From the NCBI GenBank assembly GCA_964460065.1, contig CAYWPF010000006.1, positions 12,913 through 76,912 on the forward strand: a stretch of DNA of 64,000 bases, read 5' to 3'. This stretch comes from an uncultured Enterobacteriaceae bacterium. GTDB taxonomy: Bacteria; Desulfobacterota; Binatia; Bin18. Positions 21,875 to 33,468 of the stretch are shown here, piece by piece (the stretch's first letter is position 1; each line of letters opens with the position of its first letter). The position numbers and the translations under genes are program-made. Below the pieces are notes generated by a model. It had not been told where the DNA came from. It searched no databases and saw only the letters and a program-made list of their open reading frames with translations.

Positions 21875-22534
21875 ATGGCGACCTCCCTTGGGCTTGGGGT
21901 ACTCGTTTCCGGAACGGGCACAAATCTTCAAGCGATAATAGATGCAATCGAAAGAGGTTACTTACCCGCCCGTATACGCGTCGTTATTAGCAACCGGAAC
22001 GACACCTACGGTATAAGGAGAGCGGAACGTTGCGGGCTACCGACGAAAGTCGTGTTGCCGACAGAGTTCGAGTCGCGCGCTCAATTCGACAAAGCTCTAC
22101 TAACCCTTCTAACCCAGCACGGCGTGGACCTTGTGGTCTTGGCGGGGTTCATGCGACTGCTGTCCAAGGGTTTTGTTGAGACCTTTCCCGATCGAATTCT
22201 TAATATCCATCCGTCACTTTTGCCCTGCTTCCCAGGTCTCGGAGCTCAGAGAAAAGCTATCGAAAGTGGAGTACGGGTTTCAGGCGCGACGGTCCATTTG
22301 GTAGACGAAAAAATGGACCACGGTCCAATAATTTCGCAATGCGCAGTGCCAGTTTATTCCGATGATGATGAAGATACCTTAACCAAAAGGATCCTTAAAC
22401 AAGAACATCGCATTTACCCTTGGAGTATAAAACTGTTTGCAGAGGGACGTATCCACATAAACAACGGACGAGTCATTATACTGAACGAATCGCGGGGTCC
22501 TGATGCCTTTATTCAACCCTCGGAGTACAAATGA
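21875..22534 (+). CDS. purN: Phosphoribosylglycinamide formyltransferase
   Basis: GVLVSGTGTNLQAII and NIHPSLLP motifs. ATG at 21875. The upstream 237 nt of open frame is AC-rich non-coding sequence. Confidence 0.88.
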   Translation: MATSLGLGVLVSGTGTNLQAIIDAIERGYLPARIRVVISNRNDTYGIRRAERCGLPTKVVLPTEFESRAQFDKALLTLLTQHGVDLVVLAGFMRLLSKGFVETFPDRILNIHPSLLPCFPGLGAQRKAIESGVRVSGATVHLVDEKMDHGPIISQCAVPVYSDDDEDTLTKRILKQEHRIYPWSIKLFAEGRIHINNGRVIILNESRGPDAFIQPSEYK

Positions 22535-23184
22535 CCTCTCGCGGCGCTTCACTGGGAACTATAGGGATAGACGAATCCGGCAAGGGTGATTATTTTGGCG
22601 CCCTTGTTATTGCAGGGGCGCACGTAAGTGTCGATAAAGAGGCCGAGCTTCGTCGCTTAGGGGTTCGGGATAGCAAAACGCTCTCAGATAAACGCGTCCT
22701 GGAGCTTGCACGCAAAATTAGCGCGGTCTGCGTTACCACAATCGTAGCGGTAGGCCCGGAGCGCTATAATACCTTGTACTCAAAACTCAATAATCTTAAC
22801 AAACTGCTGGCCTGGGGGCATGCCAGGGCTATCGAAAACGTTCTGGAAGAAGTCTCGTGTGACACGGTAATATCCGACCAGTTTGGTCGCAAACAGACCT
22901 TGAAAAACGCACTAATGCAACAGGGCCGCGGCGTGAACGTGATACAAAAGCCGCATGCGGAAGAGCACATTGCCGTTGCAGCGGCCTCCGTCTTAGCTAG
23001 GGCCGAGTTCCTAACGCGCTTGACCAACATGAGCATAGAATTTTTTATCGAGTTTCCCAAAGGCGCAAGTGCAAAAGTCATTTCTGCCGGAAAAACCTTC
23101 TTAGACCAACATGGCGCCGACGCGCTCGGTCGAGTAGCAAAGTTACACTTTAAGACCACCGGTAAAGTAATGGCTCATGATTAA
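22531..23184 (+). CDS. Type 2 ribonuclease H (HII/HIII family) with an RNase HIII-like GIDESGKGDYFG motif and no N-terminal substrate-binding domain
   Basis: DESGKGDYFG and DSKTLS motifs. 217 aa. Start ATGA overlaps the purN stop. Confidence 0.7.
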   Translation: MTSRGASLGTIGIDESGKGDYFGALVIAGAHVSVDKEAELRRLGVRDSKTLSDKRVLELARKISAVCVTTIVAVGPERYNTLYSKLNNLNKLLAWGHARAIENVLEEVSCDTVISDQFGRKQTLKNALMQQGRGVNVIQKPHAEEHIAVAAASVLARAEFLTRLTNMSIEFFIEFPKGASAKVISAGKTFLDQHGADALGRVAKLHFKTTGKVMAHD

Positions 23185-23339
23185 CGTCCGTTCCTCCGTC
23201 CAATGATGTTGGTGGATGACGGACGATTTCCCAAGACTACTACGGTCCCTTAACCCATCGCGACCCGCTCCCTAGGTTATTGCTGAGCAAGATATTTTCC
23301 TCTATGGCCTTCGACATGGGAAATACACTGAACGCGTCA

Positions 23340-24125
23340 ATGGATAAGCTAGCCGGAATCGTGGCGACTCTTCGTGGACCAAATGGTTGTCCGTGGGATA
23401 GAGATCAAACGCCACAAACGCTTCAGCCGTTCCTCGTGGAAGAAACCTATGAAGTAGTTGATTCTCTCGAAAGTTCCGATTGGTACGGGCTGAAAGAAGA
23501 ATTGGGCGACCTGTTGTTTCAAATAGTGTTTCATTCCCAACTTATGGAGGAAGCCGGTGAGTTCGATCTTTCCGACGTCATCGATGGTATCTGCACAAAA
23601 ATGGAACGAAGACATCCACACGTGTTTGGCAGCGCTGAGGCGAAAGATACCGATGCCGTCCGAGCACAATGGTCACAGATCAAGGCCATGGAAAGAAGAG
23701 AAAAGGCATACGGAAGAGCTGACCCCGACCATTCAGTTCTTGCGGGAGTTCCTCATGCTGCACCGGGCCTGATTCAAGCGCAGAGATTAGGGGAGAAGGC
23801 TGCCAGTGTCGGTTTCGATTGGCCTTCCGTCAAGGACGTTTTCCAGAAGGTAGAAGAGGAACTCGGAGAACTGAGTGCCGAACTGCAAAATGACGATCAA
23901 TCATCCCAGGAACACGAACTTGGCGACCTACTTTTTGCATTGACCAACCTGGCACGACATCTTGGGGTCGATTCGGAGTCAGCACTGCGAAAGGCCAACA
24001 AAAGATTCAATAAACGATTCCGCTACGTTGAAGAAAAGGTATCGGGCAACAACAGCACCGTAAGGACCACACCTGCCGCAACGTTAGAAGAATTGTGGGC
24101 GGAAGCAAAGCAAAAGCTAGGTTAA
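23340..24125 (+). CDS. mazG: Nucleoside triphosphate pyrophosphohydrolase MazG
   Basis: Tandem MazG domains: GCPWDRDQT and EELGDLLFQ, plus a second EHELGDLLFAL. Earlier in-frame ATGs at 23304 and 23316 are possible. Confidence 0.8.
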   Translation: MDKLAGIVATLRGPNGCPWDRDQTPQTLQPFLVEETYEVVDSLESSDWYGLKEELGDLLFQIVFHSQLMEEAGEFDLSDVIDGICTKMERRHPHVFGSAEAKDTDAVRAQWSQIKAMERREKAYGRADPDHSVLAGVPHAAPGLIQAQRLGEKAASVGFDWPSVKDVFQKVEEELGELSAELQNDDQSSQEHELGDLLFALTNLARHLGVDSESALRKANKRFNKRFRYVEEKVSGNNSTVRTTPAATLEELWAEAKQKLG

Positions 24126-24286
24126 CGAAAAGACGCCTGCAACCATTTCCACCAGATCCACACACAAACTTTTTCAGTATTGATAGTAGGGAACCATTGA
24201 AAGGCAGTGGTGATAATAAATCTAAGAAGATTGAACTATGTCCCCACTCATGGTACCTATTAGAAACCAAGAAGGGAGTAGTCAAA

Positions 24287-24559
24287 GTGGCATCAGGCGA
24301 AAAAAAACGGCACCGACAAAGCCAGTTACGTAGGGACCGAAACCAAGCAGGTAAGTCTAAAGTAAAGACGTTAATGAAAAACGTTGAGAGCGCGGTAGAA
24401 AATGGTGACAGAGAAACCATTAAAAGTGCGCTCCGTACGGCGATCAGTGCTTTACACAAGGCTGGTCAGAAGCGACTCATCCCGCGCAATGCGGCAGATC
24501 GGCATGTGGGCCAAATCTCAAGGCTTGCGCATCAGCACGGTCTAAAAACGGCGGAATAG
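24287..24559 (+). CDS. rpsT: 30S ribosomal protein S20
   Basis: GTG start 8 nt after a GAAGGGAG RBS. S20-like KKRHRQS...ALRTAISALHKAGQKRLIPRNAADRH. The ORF-track 5' extension is rejected. Confidence 0.85.
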   Translation: MASGEKKRHRQSQLRRDRNQAGKSKVKTLMKNVESAVENGDRETIKSALRTAISALHKAGQKRLIPRNAADRHVGQISRLAHQHGLKTAE

Positions 24560-24574
24560 TTTTGGCTACGGCGT

Positions 24575-25174
24575 TCAAAAATTGTCCCCCAATCGGAAGT
24601 AAATTTCCCGAGCCGCGGCGCTAAATAAACGGTCAAGCGCCTGCCTACGCTGCGTCTCGGAAAACTGCACATCGGTGAGGCCCGGCAGGTCCGCAGGGTC
24701 GAGGGTGCCTTTAAGAAACTCGGGGGATGTTGTAACCAAAACCTGTGGAATAGCGCTGTAGTGTTGGGTAATTCTGAGATTACTAGTCTGCCACAGAATT
24801 TCTTCGGAACCGCGGTCGCGGAGCTGCACTTCGAGAAGTAGCGTTAACTCATATTCTAAAACCTGGTCACGTCTATCAAATGAACGAGGACTCACATCTA
24901 ATTCCTGAAGCGTCGCCGATAGAACACCGTCACCTGCTTCAGTGACGCGAACGAGGCCACGCGTTCGGAACTCATCTTCGATGGCCCACTGAAGTTCCTT
25001 CTCTATGCCTGGTCGCAGCGTGTAATTCGCAAAATCGTCAAAACTCACACTTTTAATTCCCCCGGGTAATTCTGCGGTTCCCGGAAAATGGTAGCCACAA
25101 CTTTGGCCCATCAGCATCACTGCCGAAAGTAAAAATAGGACCCCACCGATAAGGCCGTTCTTCTTTTGTTTCAC
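24575..25174 (-). CDS. lptE: LptE-like LPS-assembly lipoprotein
   Basis: Signal peptide plus Cys (..LMGQSCGYHF, compare E. coli AGCGWHL). Immediately downstream of leuS as in the conserved leuS-lptE arrangement. The lipobox is slightly atypical. Confidence 0.6.
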   Translation of the reverse strand: MKQKKNGLIGGVLFLLSAVMLMGQSCGYHFPGTAELPGGIKSVSFDDFANYTLRPGIEKELQWAIEDEFRTRGLVRVTEAGDGVLSATLQELDVSPRSFDRRDQVLEYELTLLLEVQLRDRGSEEILWQTSNLRITQHYSAIPQVLVTTSPEFLKGTLDPADLPGLTDVQFSETQRRQALDRLFSAAAREIYFRLGDNF

Positions 25175-25210
25175 GAGGATGCGTCACTCCTGCGTCTGAG
25201 CACTTGAAAC

Positions 25211-27868
25211 TCAGCCCACTACGAAATTCACCAGGCGTCCCGGAACAAATATTTCACGCCGTACTGTTTTTCCCTCAAGATATTCGGCCACTTTCTGTTG
25301 TTGCCTCGCTGCCTCCAATACCGCCTCCTGATCGGCTTGAATCCCCAGCTCCACCGTGCCGCGCAGCTTACCATTCACCTGCACAGCAATAGTCACTATA
25401 TCATCTACCACCAAATTCTTGTCATAAGATGGCCACGGCTCATACGCTAACGTATTGTCGTGCCCAAGGTGCTCCCACAATTCTTCGCCTAAATGAGGAG
25501 CGAACGGTGAAAGCAGCAAAACAAACCCCTCAATTAACCATCGAGGTAAAGGTCCCGCGCCTTGCGCCTCATTGACAAACACCATCAAAGCACTGAGGGC
25601 CGTATGAAACCTCATAGCCTCAATATCTTCGGTCACCTTTTTTACTGTCTTGTGAAAAGTACGCTCGATCTCTGCAGGCAACTGTGTGTCCTTAGCAGAA
25701 ATGTGAGGAGCATCTTTGTTTTGGATATTAGACTCAACAAACGACCACGCTCGATGCAAAAATCTATATACTCCGGCAACAGACCGAGTATTCCAGGGTT
25801 TCACCTGTTCCAGTGGTCCCATAAACATTTCATAACAGCGGAGTGCATCTGCGCCGTACTCCCCGATCACCGTGTCCGGGTTTACTACATTGCCCCGAGA
25901 TTTCGACATCTTGTCCGTTTGCGGTTCGAGCTCCAGCGTCAGGTCAGCAGGGTGATACGGCTTATCTTCCACCCAGACCACATCAGATACAGGAACGTAT
26001 TTGGCAACCACAACTTCAGCAGGATCATCTTTGAGCACGAAAGCCACGTCTTCGTTACGGCTTGTTGCCCTTAGAATTATCTTATCACTATCATACTTTT
26101 GACCCGCGGCGTCCTCATAGTATTTATAACTGAACCCGAGGATCATTCCCTGATTTACCAATCTGCGAAACGGTTCCTGCGTACTCACCAAGCCACAGTC
26201 GTATAGCACATGATGCCAAAAGCGGGCGTAAAGGAGATGCAGCACCGCGTGCTCAACGCCGCCCACGTACAGGTCCACTGGCATCCAATACTCTTCCTTC
26301 TTGGAATCCCAAGGCACGCTCTTGTTCTTTGGGTCAAGGAATCGTAGAAAATACCAACAGCTTCCAGCCCACTGGGGCATCGTATTAGTTTCGCGGGAAG
26401 CTGGTTCACCACTGTCCTTATCGGTCGTTTCTACCCAGTCCACGGCAGCCGAAAGAGGCGGCTCCCCGTTCCCGGTGGGCCTAAAACTCTCAACCTCGGG
26501 AAGAAGGACGGGTAGGTCACTGGGGTCGACGGGCTTAGGCTTTCCCCCCACATGGACTACTGGGAAGGGCTCGCCCCAGTACCGCTGCCGGCTGAATAGC
26601 CAGTCTCGGAGCTTGTAGTTCGTGGTTTTCTCGCCGTACCCGTTCTTTTCCAGCCATGCGGTTATTGTTCGCTTAGCGTCATCCACATTTAAGCCGTTAA
26701 GAAATCCTGAATTAACGTGGGCACCGTCTCCTATATAAGCCTCGACCGAAACATCTCCACCCAGCACTACCTCAACAATCGGTAAGTCAAAATGCTGCGC
26801 AAAGTCCCAGTCTCGTTGGTCCCCACCGGGTACTGCCATTATAGCTCCAGTGCCGTACGTAGCCAGCACATAATCCGCTACCCAAACTGGAATAGCATTT
26901 CCGGTGGCCGGATTTAGGACATGCCCTCCCGTGTTCACCCCCGTTTTCTTCTTGACCACTTCAGTTCTTGATATATCCGACTTTCGGGCGGCCAATTCTT
27001 TGTAAGCAAAGACGGCAGCCCGATTAGCTTCATTCGTAAGTAACTCCACTAGCGGGTGCTCAGGAGCTACTACACAATAAGTAGCACCAAACAGTGTGTC
27101 CGGACGTGTTGTGAAAACGTCAAAGAAGGCAGTCTTACCCGGAAGAAACGTCGCGTCATTTTGACAAACGTGGAAGCGAATCCGAGCACCCTCACTACGC
27201 CCTATCCAATTTCTCTGCATTTCTTTCACGTTTTCTGGCCAATCCAACCCATCAAGTCCTGATAACAGACGGTCAGCGTATTCTGTGATGCGTAGCATCC
27301 ACTGCTTCATCGGCCGACGCACCACTGGATGACCGCCACGTTCGCTTTTCCCGTCTATCACCTCTTCGTTTGCCAGTACTGTACCGAGTGCCGGACACCA
27401 ATTCACCGGAACCTCTGCCATATAAGCAAGGCCTTTCTCATAAAGTTTTAGAAAAATCCATTGCGTCCACCGGTAATACTCGGGCTCACAAGACGATATT
27501 TCCCGATCCCAGTCATACGAGAATCCCAAGGCCTGTATCTGTCGGCGGAAAGTATCAATGTTGCGCGTCGTGGTCTCTCGAGGATGAGTCCCTGTTTCGA
27601 TAGCGTACTGCTCAGCAGGAAGACCAAAGGCGTCCCATCCCATGGGATGTAAAACATTGAACCCTCGCATGCGCTTATAACGCGCGAGAATGTCAGTTGC
27701 CGTATACCCCTCAGGATGGCCCACATGTAGTCCTGCGGCGCTCGGGTATGGGAACATGTCCAATATGTAGTACTTTTCCTTGGCCTGGTCCTCTTCGACC
27801 TTGAATGTCTTTCGCTCCAACCAGTACCGTTGCCATTTTGGCTCTATGGAACCCGGATCATATCGCAT
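25211..27868 (-). CDS. leuS: Leucine--tRNA ligase
   Basis: HVGHPEGY (HIGH) and KMSKS motifs. Start at [13 protein letters not shown] by homology. The ORF-track TTG start at 27955 is rejected. Confidence 0.93.
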   Translation of the reverse strand: MRYDPGSIEPKWQRYWLERKTFKVEEDQAKEKYYILDMFPYPSAAGLHVGHPEGYTATDILARYKRMRGFNVLHPMGWDAFGLPAEQYAIETGTHPRETTTRNIDTFRRQIQALGFSYDWDREISSCEPEYYRWTQWIFLKLYEKGLAYMAEVPVNWCPALGTVLANEEVIDGKSERGGHPVVRRPMKQWMLRITEYADRLLSGLDGLDWPENVKEMQRNWIGRSEGARIRFHVCQNDATFLPGKTAFFDVFTTRPDTLFGATYCVVAPEHPLVELLTNEANRAAVFAYKELAARKSDISRTEVVKKKTGVNTGGHVLNPATGNAIPVWVADYVLATYGTGAIMAVPGGDQRDWDFAQHFDLPIVEVVLGGDVSVEAYIGDGAHVNSGFLNGLNVDDAKRTITAWLEKNGYGEKTTNYKLRDWLFSRQRYWGEPFPVVHVGGKPKPVDPSDLPVLLPEVESFRPTGNGEPPLSAAVDWVETTDKDSGEPASRETNTMPQWAGSCWYFLRFLDPKNKSVPWDSKKEEYWMPVDLYVGGVEHAVLHLLYARFWHHVLYDCGLVSTQEPFRRLVNQGMILGFSYKYYEDAAGQKYDSDKIILRATSRNEDVAFVLKDDPAEVVVAKYVPVSDVVWVEDKPYHPADLTLELEPQTDKMSKSRGNVVNPDTVIGEYGADALRCYEMFMGPLEQVKPWNTRSVAGVYRFLHRAWSFVESNIQNKDAPHISAKDTQLPAEIERTFHKTVKKVTEDIEAMRFHTALSALMVFVNEAQGAGPLPRWLIEGFVLLLSPFAPHLGEELWEHLGHDNTLAYEPWPSYDKNLVVDDIVTIAVQVNGKLRGTVELGIQADQEAVLEAARQQQKVAEYLEGKTVRREIFVPGRLVNFVVG

Positions 27869-27917
27869 TTCGCTCTCGAAGGAGCCCTGCCTATTGACAT
27901 CTTTTCCACCGCGCTGA

Positions 27918-28361
27918 TTACTCAATGGACTCATGCGTCTCCGCCTTCTTGCCAACGGCTATGGCTATTCGATCAAGAACCCCATTCACAAACGTCGGTG
28001 CTTCATCGCTGCAATATCGCCGGGCTATTTCAATCGCCTCGTTAATTGTTACGCCTGCCGAAATATCGGGATAGGACGAAAGTTCATAAGCAGCCAGACG
28101 CAGGAGATTCAAATCAACCTTTGCTAATCGGCCGATGCGCCAGTGCTCCGTAGCCGTGGAAATGAGAGCGTCGAGCTTACCACGTTGACCCCAAGTTCCA
28201 TTCACGAGCGACTCTGTAAACTTTCCAGCGTGCGTGGCGTAAGTGAAACAGTGCCAAAACAGTGCCAAGGCCTGCCTTGGAGCAACTCCGCTCAAATCAA
28301 TTTGGTAGAGTACTTGGAGCGCCCACTCACGCTCCTGCCGTCGACTAGTAACGCCCGCCAT
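27918..28361 (-). CDS. nusB: Transcription antitermination factor NusB
   Basis: [11 protein letters not shown]-terminus and [11 protein letters not shown]...FVNGVLD. Last gene of the rib-nusB block. Confidence 0.85.
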   Translation of the reverse strand: MAGVTSRRQEREWALQVLYQIDLSGVAPRQALALFWHCFTYATHAGKFTESLVNGTWGQRGKLDALISTATEHWRIGRLAKVDLNLLRLAAYELSSYPDISAGVTINEAIEIARRYCSDEAPTFVNGVLDRIAIAVGKKAETHESIE

Positions 28362-28368
28362 CAGAGAG

Positions 28369-28845
28369 TTACTCGATCGCCTTAAGCGCCTTAAGCGCCC
28401 GGGCCATTTCGATGGCGGACAATGCTGCTTCCCCACCTTTGTTTCCCAGTTTAGCCCCTGCTCTATTGAAGGCCTGGTCTAGAGTGTCCGTAGTCAAAAC
28501 TCCAAAGGCCAATGGAATTCCTGTCGAGAGGGAGATCTCTTTTACCCCCTGTGTTACGGCCGCCGAAATGTACTCGAAATGTGGGGTTTCACCTTTGATT
28601 ATAGCGCCTATACAAACTATAGCATCGTAACGACCAGAGGCCGCCATCTCTTTCGCAAATAATGGGATGTCGAACGCGCCAGGGACTAAAACGACATCAA
28701 CGTCTTCATCTCGCGCTCCGTGACGTGCGAGTGCGCCTAATGCCCCAGCCTTCAATTGCTCAGATACTAAGCTGTTAAACTGCGAAACGACGATGCCAAA
28801 CCTCAAGTCCTTCGCATCTAAGTTCCCCTCTATCGTATGAACCAT
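28369..28845 (-). CDS. ribH: 6,7-dimethyl-8-ribityllumazine synthase
   Basis: RFGIVVSQFN and VPGAFDIP motifs. Confidence 0.9.
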   Translation of the reverse strand: MVHTIEGNLDAKDLRFGIVVSQFNSLVSEQLKAGALGALARHGARDEDVDVVLVPGAFDIPLFAKEMAASGRYDAIVCIGAIIKGETPHFEYISAAVTQGVKEISLSTGIPLAFGVLTTDTLDQAFNRAGAKLGNKGGEAALSAIEMARALKALKAIE

Positions 28846-28888
28846 AAATTCCTCTAATGCTAACAAGTTCCGTAACCCGATTGCGCGT

Positions 28889-30106
28889 CTAATGTGGCGG
28901 TTTCAAATCGGAAAACAAATGCCCCAGTTTCTCTTTTTTTACCCGAAGGTAACGAATGTTCCCTTTGTGGGGAGGAATTTCAAGCGGCTGGCGCTCAGCG
29001 ACGTTTATTCCGTAGTCTTCAAGTCCACTTATTTTCTGCGGATTATTTGTTAGCAGGCGGACTTTCGATACTCGAAGATCCCTCAGAATTTGTGCCCCAA
29101 TACCGTAATCGCGAAGATCTTCGTCAAAACCAAGGTGCAAGTTCGCCTCCACTGTGTCCATGCCCTCATCCTGCAGCGCATAAGCGCGTATTTTGTTCGC
29201 TAACCCGATTCCCCGTCCCTCTTGTTGCAAGTATATCACGACCCCGCAGCCTTCCTCCGCTATGCATTCCATCGCAAGTCGCAACTGGTCACCACAGTCG
29301 CACCTTTCGGAGCCGAAAACATCCCCAGTAAGACATTGGGAATGAACCCGAACCCGCACTGGCCCCTTGTTCTCAATCGGGCCCTTAACCAAAGCGATAT
29401 GCTCGTGATTATCAACCTCCGTACGATACACTATCGCAAGAAATTTGCCACCGAACGGACTACTAATTTCGCCCTCGCCCACACGATGTATGACCGATTC
29501 GGTGCGAAGACGATAAGTTATCAAGTTCGGAATGCTTACGACAGGCAATTCATGCCGACGGGCGAAATCCGCGACCTCGTCACCCTGCGCCACTTCTCCA
29601 TCATCTCGTAAAATAGTACATAATGAGGCGGCGGGAGCGAAGCCGGCCAGCCTAGCCAAGTCGATCCCTGCTTCGGACAAACCCCGTCTCGCAAGTACCC
29701 CTCCGCGATGAGAAAAGAGAGGGAATACATGTCCTGGCATCACGAGATCACCCGGTCCTGCATCGTTTTTCACGGCAGTACTTATCGTGATCGCCCGATC
29801 GTAAGCAGAAATCCCGGTTGTGACACCCCGTCTCGCTTCTATAGAAGCACCAAAGACTCGTTCGCGCCTGTTCTCATTCCCCAGCATCGGGATACCGAGG
29901 TCCCGTATTTTCTCTTCCGTAAGCGCCAGACAAATAAGACCGCGTCCATGGGTCGCCATAAAGTTCACGTCGTCAGGAGTGGTCCGGCTCGCGGCTATAC
30001 ACAGATCCGCTTCGCCGCGGCCGTGATTGTCTTCTAACAAGACAACCAGTCTCCCTTCTGAGATCCGCTCCAGTGCGTTTTCCACTGATGCCAGCTCTAT
30101 GGACAT
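28889..30106 (-). CDS. ribBA: Bifunctional 3,4-dihydroxy-2-butanone-4-phosphate synthase / GTP cyclohydrolase II
   Basis: N-terminal DHBP synthase domain. C-terminal Zn-binding CDCG in the GTP cyclohydrolase II domain. Confidence 0.92.
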   Translation of the reverse strand: MSIELASVENALERISEGRLVVLLEDNHGRGEADLCIAASRTTPDDVNFMATHGRGLICLALTEEKIRDLGIPMLGNENRRERVFGASIEARRGVTTGISAYDRAITISTAVKNDAGPGDLVMPGHVFPLFSHRGGVLARRGLSEAGIDLARLAGFAPAASLCTILRDDGEVAQGDEVADFARRHELPVVSIPNLITYRLRTESVIHRVGEGEISSPFGGKFLAIVYRTEVDNHEHIALVKGPIENKGPVRVRVHSQCLTGDVFGSERCDCGDQLRLAMECIAEEGCGVVIYLQQEGRGIGLANKIRAYALQDEGMDTVEANLHLGFDEDLRDYGIGAQILRDLRVSKVRLLTNNPQKISGLEDYGINVAERQPLEIPPHKGNIRYLRVKKEKLGHLFSDLKPPH

Positions 30107-30108
30107 GA

Positions 30109-31206
30109 TTACTCCTTATTTTTGACATAGCCTGAAAGGACTATATCCTCGCCGACCACATCATATTGCATTTTGTGGAGTTTGATCCCCTCGGTAATTT
30201 TCTTGACCCTCAACGGCCCTACCATCGCCCTTCCTTCACTACCTATCAAAAGAGGGTTGTAAAAAAACAATACCTTATCTACAAGTCCTTCTTTCAGCGC
30301 CGCAGCCGCTAGTACTCCGCCCCCCTCAACCATCACATGCTTGGCACCACCCAGCCTAAGACGGTCAAGGATGGGGGCCAAGCGTAGGATGCCCCGTCTA
30401 CTCTTAGACTGCTCAATCTCGACCGGAAGCCTGCCAAAAAGGTGGCCTCGACTACGCGCTGCCTGGGGCGTCGTAACTATAATAGTCTTCGCTTTCGACG
30501 AAAGGCTACAGACCCTTGCCTTCGGATCCGTCCGTAGACGTCCATCTATTATGACCCTGAAAGGGTCTCTGCCGCCGCGAATTCGACATGTTAGTTGGGG
30601 ATCATCCGCTTTGACGGTCTCGGCGCCAACCATTACAGCATCAACCCTGTCACGTAATTCATGTACCAGTCGGCGGGAAGATTTCCCGCTGATCCAGCGC
30701 GCATCACCCGAAGAAGTAGCTATTCGCCCGTCCAACGACGCGGCGAGCTTAAGAGTGACAAAGGGGCGTCCAGTCCTGACCGTCGTAAAAAAGTCTTCAT
30801 TCACTTGCTTGCAAACTTCCCTAAGGACACCCGTTACAACGTCGATCCCCGCACGCCTTAGACGCCGTATGCCCCTCCCCCTAACCTCCGGATTGGGATC
30901 GGTTATGCCGACAACCACGCGCCGCACCTTAGCCCCTATGAGAGCCTCCACACAGGGTGGTGTTCTACCAAAATGGGCACATGGTTCCAAGTTGACGTAC
31001 AAAGTCGCCCCTTGAACACTAACATCACTGTTGCGCAACGCCTCGACCTCCGCATGCGGCAACCCGGCCTTACGGTGATAGCCTTCAGCCAGAACCCGCC
31101 CGCGGCTGACAATCACAGCACCTACCACAGGATTGGGACTAGTACGCCCTTGCGCCCGCACAGCTAGCTCCAAGGCGCGCTGCATAAAAACTTCATCTGT
31201 GGTCAT
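30109..31206 (-). CDS. ribD: Bifunctional riboflavin deaminase/reductase RibD
   Basis: HAEVEAL...[12 protein letters not shown] deaminase Zn motif, followed by a reductase domain. Confidence 0.9.
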   Translation of the reverse strand: MTTDEVFMQRALELAVRAQGRTSPNPVVGAVIVSRGRVLAEGYHRKAGLPHAEVEALRNSDVSVQGATLYVNLEPCAHFGRTPPCVEALIGAKVRRVVVGITDPNPEVRGRGIRRLRRAGIDVVTGVLREVCKQVNEDFFTTVRTGRPFVTLKLAASLDGRIATSSGDARWISGKSSRRLVHELRDRVDAVMVGAETVKADDPQLTCRIRGGRDPFRVIIDGRLRTDPKARVCSLSSKAKTIIVTTPQAARSRGHLFGRLPVEIEQSKSRRGILRLAPILDRLRLGGAKHVMVEGGGVLAAAALKEGLVDKVLFFYNPLLIGSEGRAMVGPLRVKKITEGIKLHKMQYDVVGEDIVLSGYVKNKE

Positions 31207-31712
31207 CGTGCCCTTTTATCCCTTTTTGGCACGGTCGGTTCTTTCTTCCCGGGGGTACTCCGCTCTCGAATCAAATCCTTCAGTTCGGACATAAATTCAT
31301 CCAAATCTTGAAAAGACCGGTACACCGAGGAAAACCGGACATAGGCAACCTTGTCGAGATCATACAAGTGCCGCATGACTTCCTCGCCAATCACGGCTCC
31401 GGACACCTCTTTCTCGCCCTTACCCTGAAGCGCCCGCTCAATATCGTCTGCTACACTTTCTATCGTCTCTATGCTTATCGCTCGTTTCTCGCATGCTTTT
31501 TGAAGCCCAGTAACAATTTTTTTCCGATCATAGGCTTCACGACGTCCATCCTTCTTGACGACAAGAGGCAAAATCTCCTCCACCCGTTCGTAAGTAGTGA
31601 ACCTACGCTCGCACTTCTCGCACTCGCGCCGACGCCTGGTTACGTCGCCTTCCCTTCCGAGCCGCGAATCAATGACACGACTTTCAAAATTTGAGCAAAA
31701 AGGGCATTTCAT
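31203..31712 (-). CDS. nrdR: Transcriptional repressor NrdR (with a basic C-terminal extension)
   Basis: MKCPFC...CEKC zinc ribbon plus an ATP-cone domain. Overlaps ribD by 4 nt. Confidence 0.88.
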   Translation of the reverse strand: MKCPFCSNFESRVIDSRLGREGDVTRRRRECEKCERRFTTYERVEEILPLVVKKDGRREAYDRKKIVTGLQKACEKRAISIETIESVADDIERALQGKGEKEVSGAVIGEEVMRHLYDLDKVAYVRFSSVYRSFQDLDEFMSELKDLIRERSTPGKKEPTVPKRDKRAR

Positions 31713-31754
31713 TTGCTTCAAGACACCTTGGCATCTAACCAAAAAAGGGGCAAG

Positions 31755-33014
31755 TTAAGCCGCGTCGGCCACTCGCTTCAGGTAAATAGGATGTTTTTCA
31801 CAAAGCGAACGCACTTCGTCGCCGATACGACGCAAATTATCGGCGTGGCCGACTTCCTGAAGCGCCCTATATATAAGTTCGCCGATTTTCTCCATTTCCT
31901 TTTCCCTCATGCCCCTGCTTGTAACCGCCGGTGTGCCAATACGGACGCCACTCGTAACGAACGGCGATCTCGTGTCGAAGGGTACAGCATTTTTGTTGAC
32001 TGTGATTCTCGCTTGGTCCAGGGTCTCCTGCGCTACCTTCCCTGTCAATTCGGTATGCCTAAAATCCAAGAGCATCAAGTGATTGTCGGTACCTCCCGAA
32101 ACGAGGCGGAAGCCTTTCTTTACGAGGCTTGCCGCGAGTGCCTTCGCATTCGCGAGTATTTGGTGCTGATAATCCACGAAGTCGGGCGCGGCGGCCTCCT
32201 TGAAAGCCACGGCTTTGGCTGCGATCACATGCATCAATGGACCACCTTGGTTTCCCGGAAAAACGGACGAATCCACACTTTTAGCTAGGCTCCGCCTGCA
32301 CATAATCAAGCCACCTCTTGGCCCTCTCAACGTCTTATGCGTGGTACTCGTAACTAAATCAGCATAAGGAATCGGTGACGCATGGGCTTTTGCCGCGACA
32401 AGGCCAGCGAAGTGCGCAATATCTACCATGAGCAACGCGCCGACCTCATCGGCGATTTTACGAAAACGCTCTGTATCAATCTCGCGCGGATATGCACTGT
32501 GGCCGGCGACCAACATTTTAGGTCGATGTTGGCGAGCCAACGTCGCGACGTCATCGTAATCAATAAGTTCACTGTCCTTTCTTACCCCGTAAGGCACCAC
32601 TTGGAAAAATTTACCGGAAAAGTTCACTGGGCTGCCGTGGGTGAGATGTCCCCCGTGAGACAAGTTCATACTTAGGATCGTGTCGCCCGTATCAAGCTGC
32701 GAAAAATATGCGGCCATATTCGCCTGCGCGCCAGAGTGCGGTTGTACATTAGCGTGTTCCGCCCCAAATAGCGCCTTACACCGGTCTATAGCAAGCTGTT
32801 CAACAACATCTACGTACTCACAACCTCCATAATAACGTTTCTGCGGATAACCCTCCGCATATTTGTTCGTAAGCACCGACCCTTGCGCTTCCAGCACTGA
32901 CTCGCTTACCACATTTTCCGATGCTATCAATTCTAGATTGTGCTCTTGCCGCTCGCCTTCATCATGTATGGCAGCAAAAACCTCCGGGTCTTTTTGCGCA
33001 AGTTCGCTTTTCAT
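31755..33014 (-). CDS. glyA: Serine hydroxymethyltransferase
   Basis: PLP site [12 protein letters not shown]. Overall SHMT sequence. Confidence 0.95.
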   Translation of the reverse strand: MKSELAQKDPEVFAAIHDEGERQEHNLELIASENVVSESVLEAQGSVLTNKYAEGYPQKRYYGGCEYVDVVEQLAIDRCKALFGAEHANVQPHSGAQANMAAYFSQLDTGDTILSMNLSHGGHLTHGSPVNFSGKFFQVVPYGVRKDSELIDYDDVATLARQHRPKMLVAGHSAYPREIDTERFRKIADEVGALLMVDIAHFAGLVAAKAHASPIPYADLVTSTTHKTLRGPRGGLIMCRRSLAKSVDSSVFPGNQGGPLMHVIAAKAVAFKEAAAPDFVDYQHQILANAKALAASLVKKGFRLVSGGTDNHLMLLDFRHTELTGKVAQETLDQARITVNKNAVPFDTRSPFVTSGVRIGTPAVTSRGMREKEMEKIGELIYRALQEVGHADNLRRIGDEVRSLCEKHPIYLKRVADAA

Positions 33015-33088
33015 CGCCGCACTCCTTAACTTGAGCCAAAGCTTATAAGCATGTGCGATGTAGCATACGCGCCCTAACGGAAAAATCG

Positions 33089-33135
33089 CAGAGCCTCACT
33101 ACCAAGACTGCTGCGATTATATAGGCCGGGTCGCC
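33089..33135 (-). terminator. Candidate intrinsic terminator after acpP
   Basis: Minus-strand transcript reads AATCGCAG-(19-nt loop)-CTGCGATT followed by TTTCCGTT. The long loop makes this weak. Confidence 0.3.
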
Positions 33136-33164
33136 TGGTACTTCGCCTCCCCCTATGCGGACGC

Positions 33165-33404
33165 TCATTTGTGGCTGTCGATATAATCGATAACGTCTCG
33201 TACTGTCCGGATCTTTTCTGCCTGCTCGTCCGAAATCTCCGTGTTATACTCTTCCTCCAGAGCCATAACCAATTCGACAATATCTAGAGAGTCCGCACCG
33301 AGATCTTCAATAAACGAAGAATCCAGATTTACTTCGTCCTCGCTGACTCCAAGTTGCTCACATATTATCTCTTTGACTCGCCCCTCAGTTGCCGCTTCTG
33401 CCAT
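33165..33404 (-). CDS. acpP: Acyl carrier protein
   Basis: [19 protein letters not shown] phosphopantetheine-attachment motif. Confidence 0.93.
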   Translation of the reverse strand: MAEAATEGRVKEIICEQLGVSEDEVNLDSSFIEDLGADSLDIVELVMALEEEYNTEISDEQAEKIRTVRDVIDYIDSHK

Positions 33405-33468
33405 AGCTAGTATCTCTCCTCCCTTGCTCCACTAGAGGACATTCCACCAGTGTTTAAACCAACACGGT

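Noticed and set aside
31713-31754. FMN riboswitch upstream of the rib genes
   Set aside because: nrdR overlaps ribD and glyA ends 12 nt before nrdR. There is no leader long enough for an FMN element in front of ribD, ribBA or ribH.
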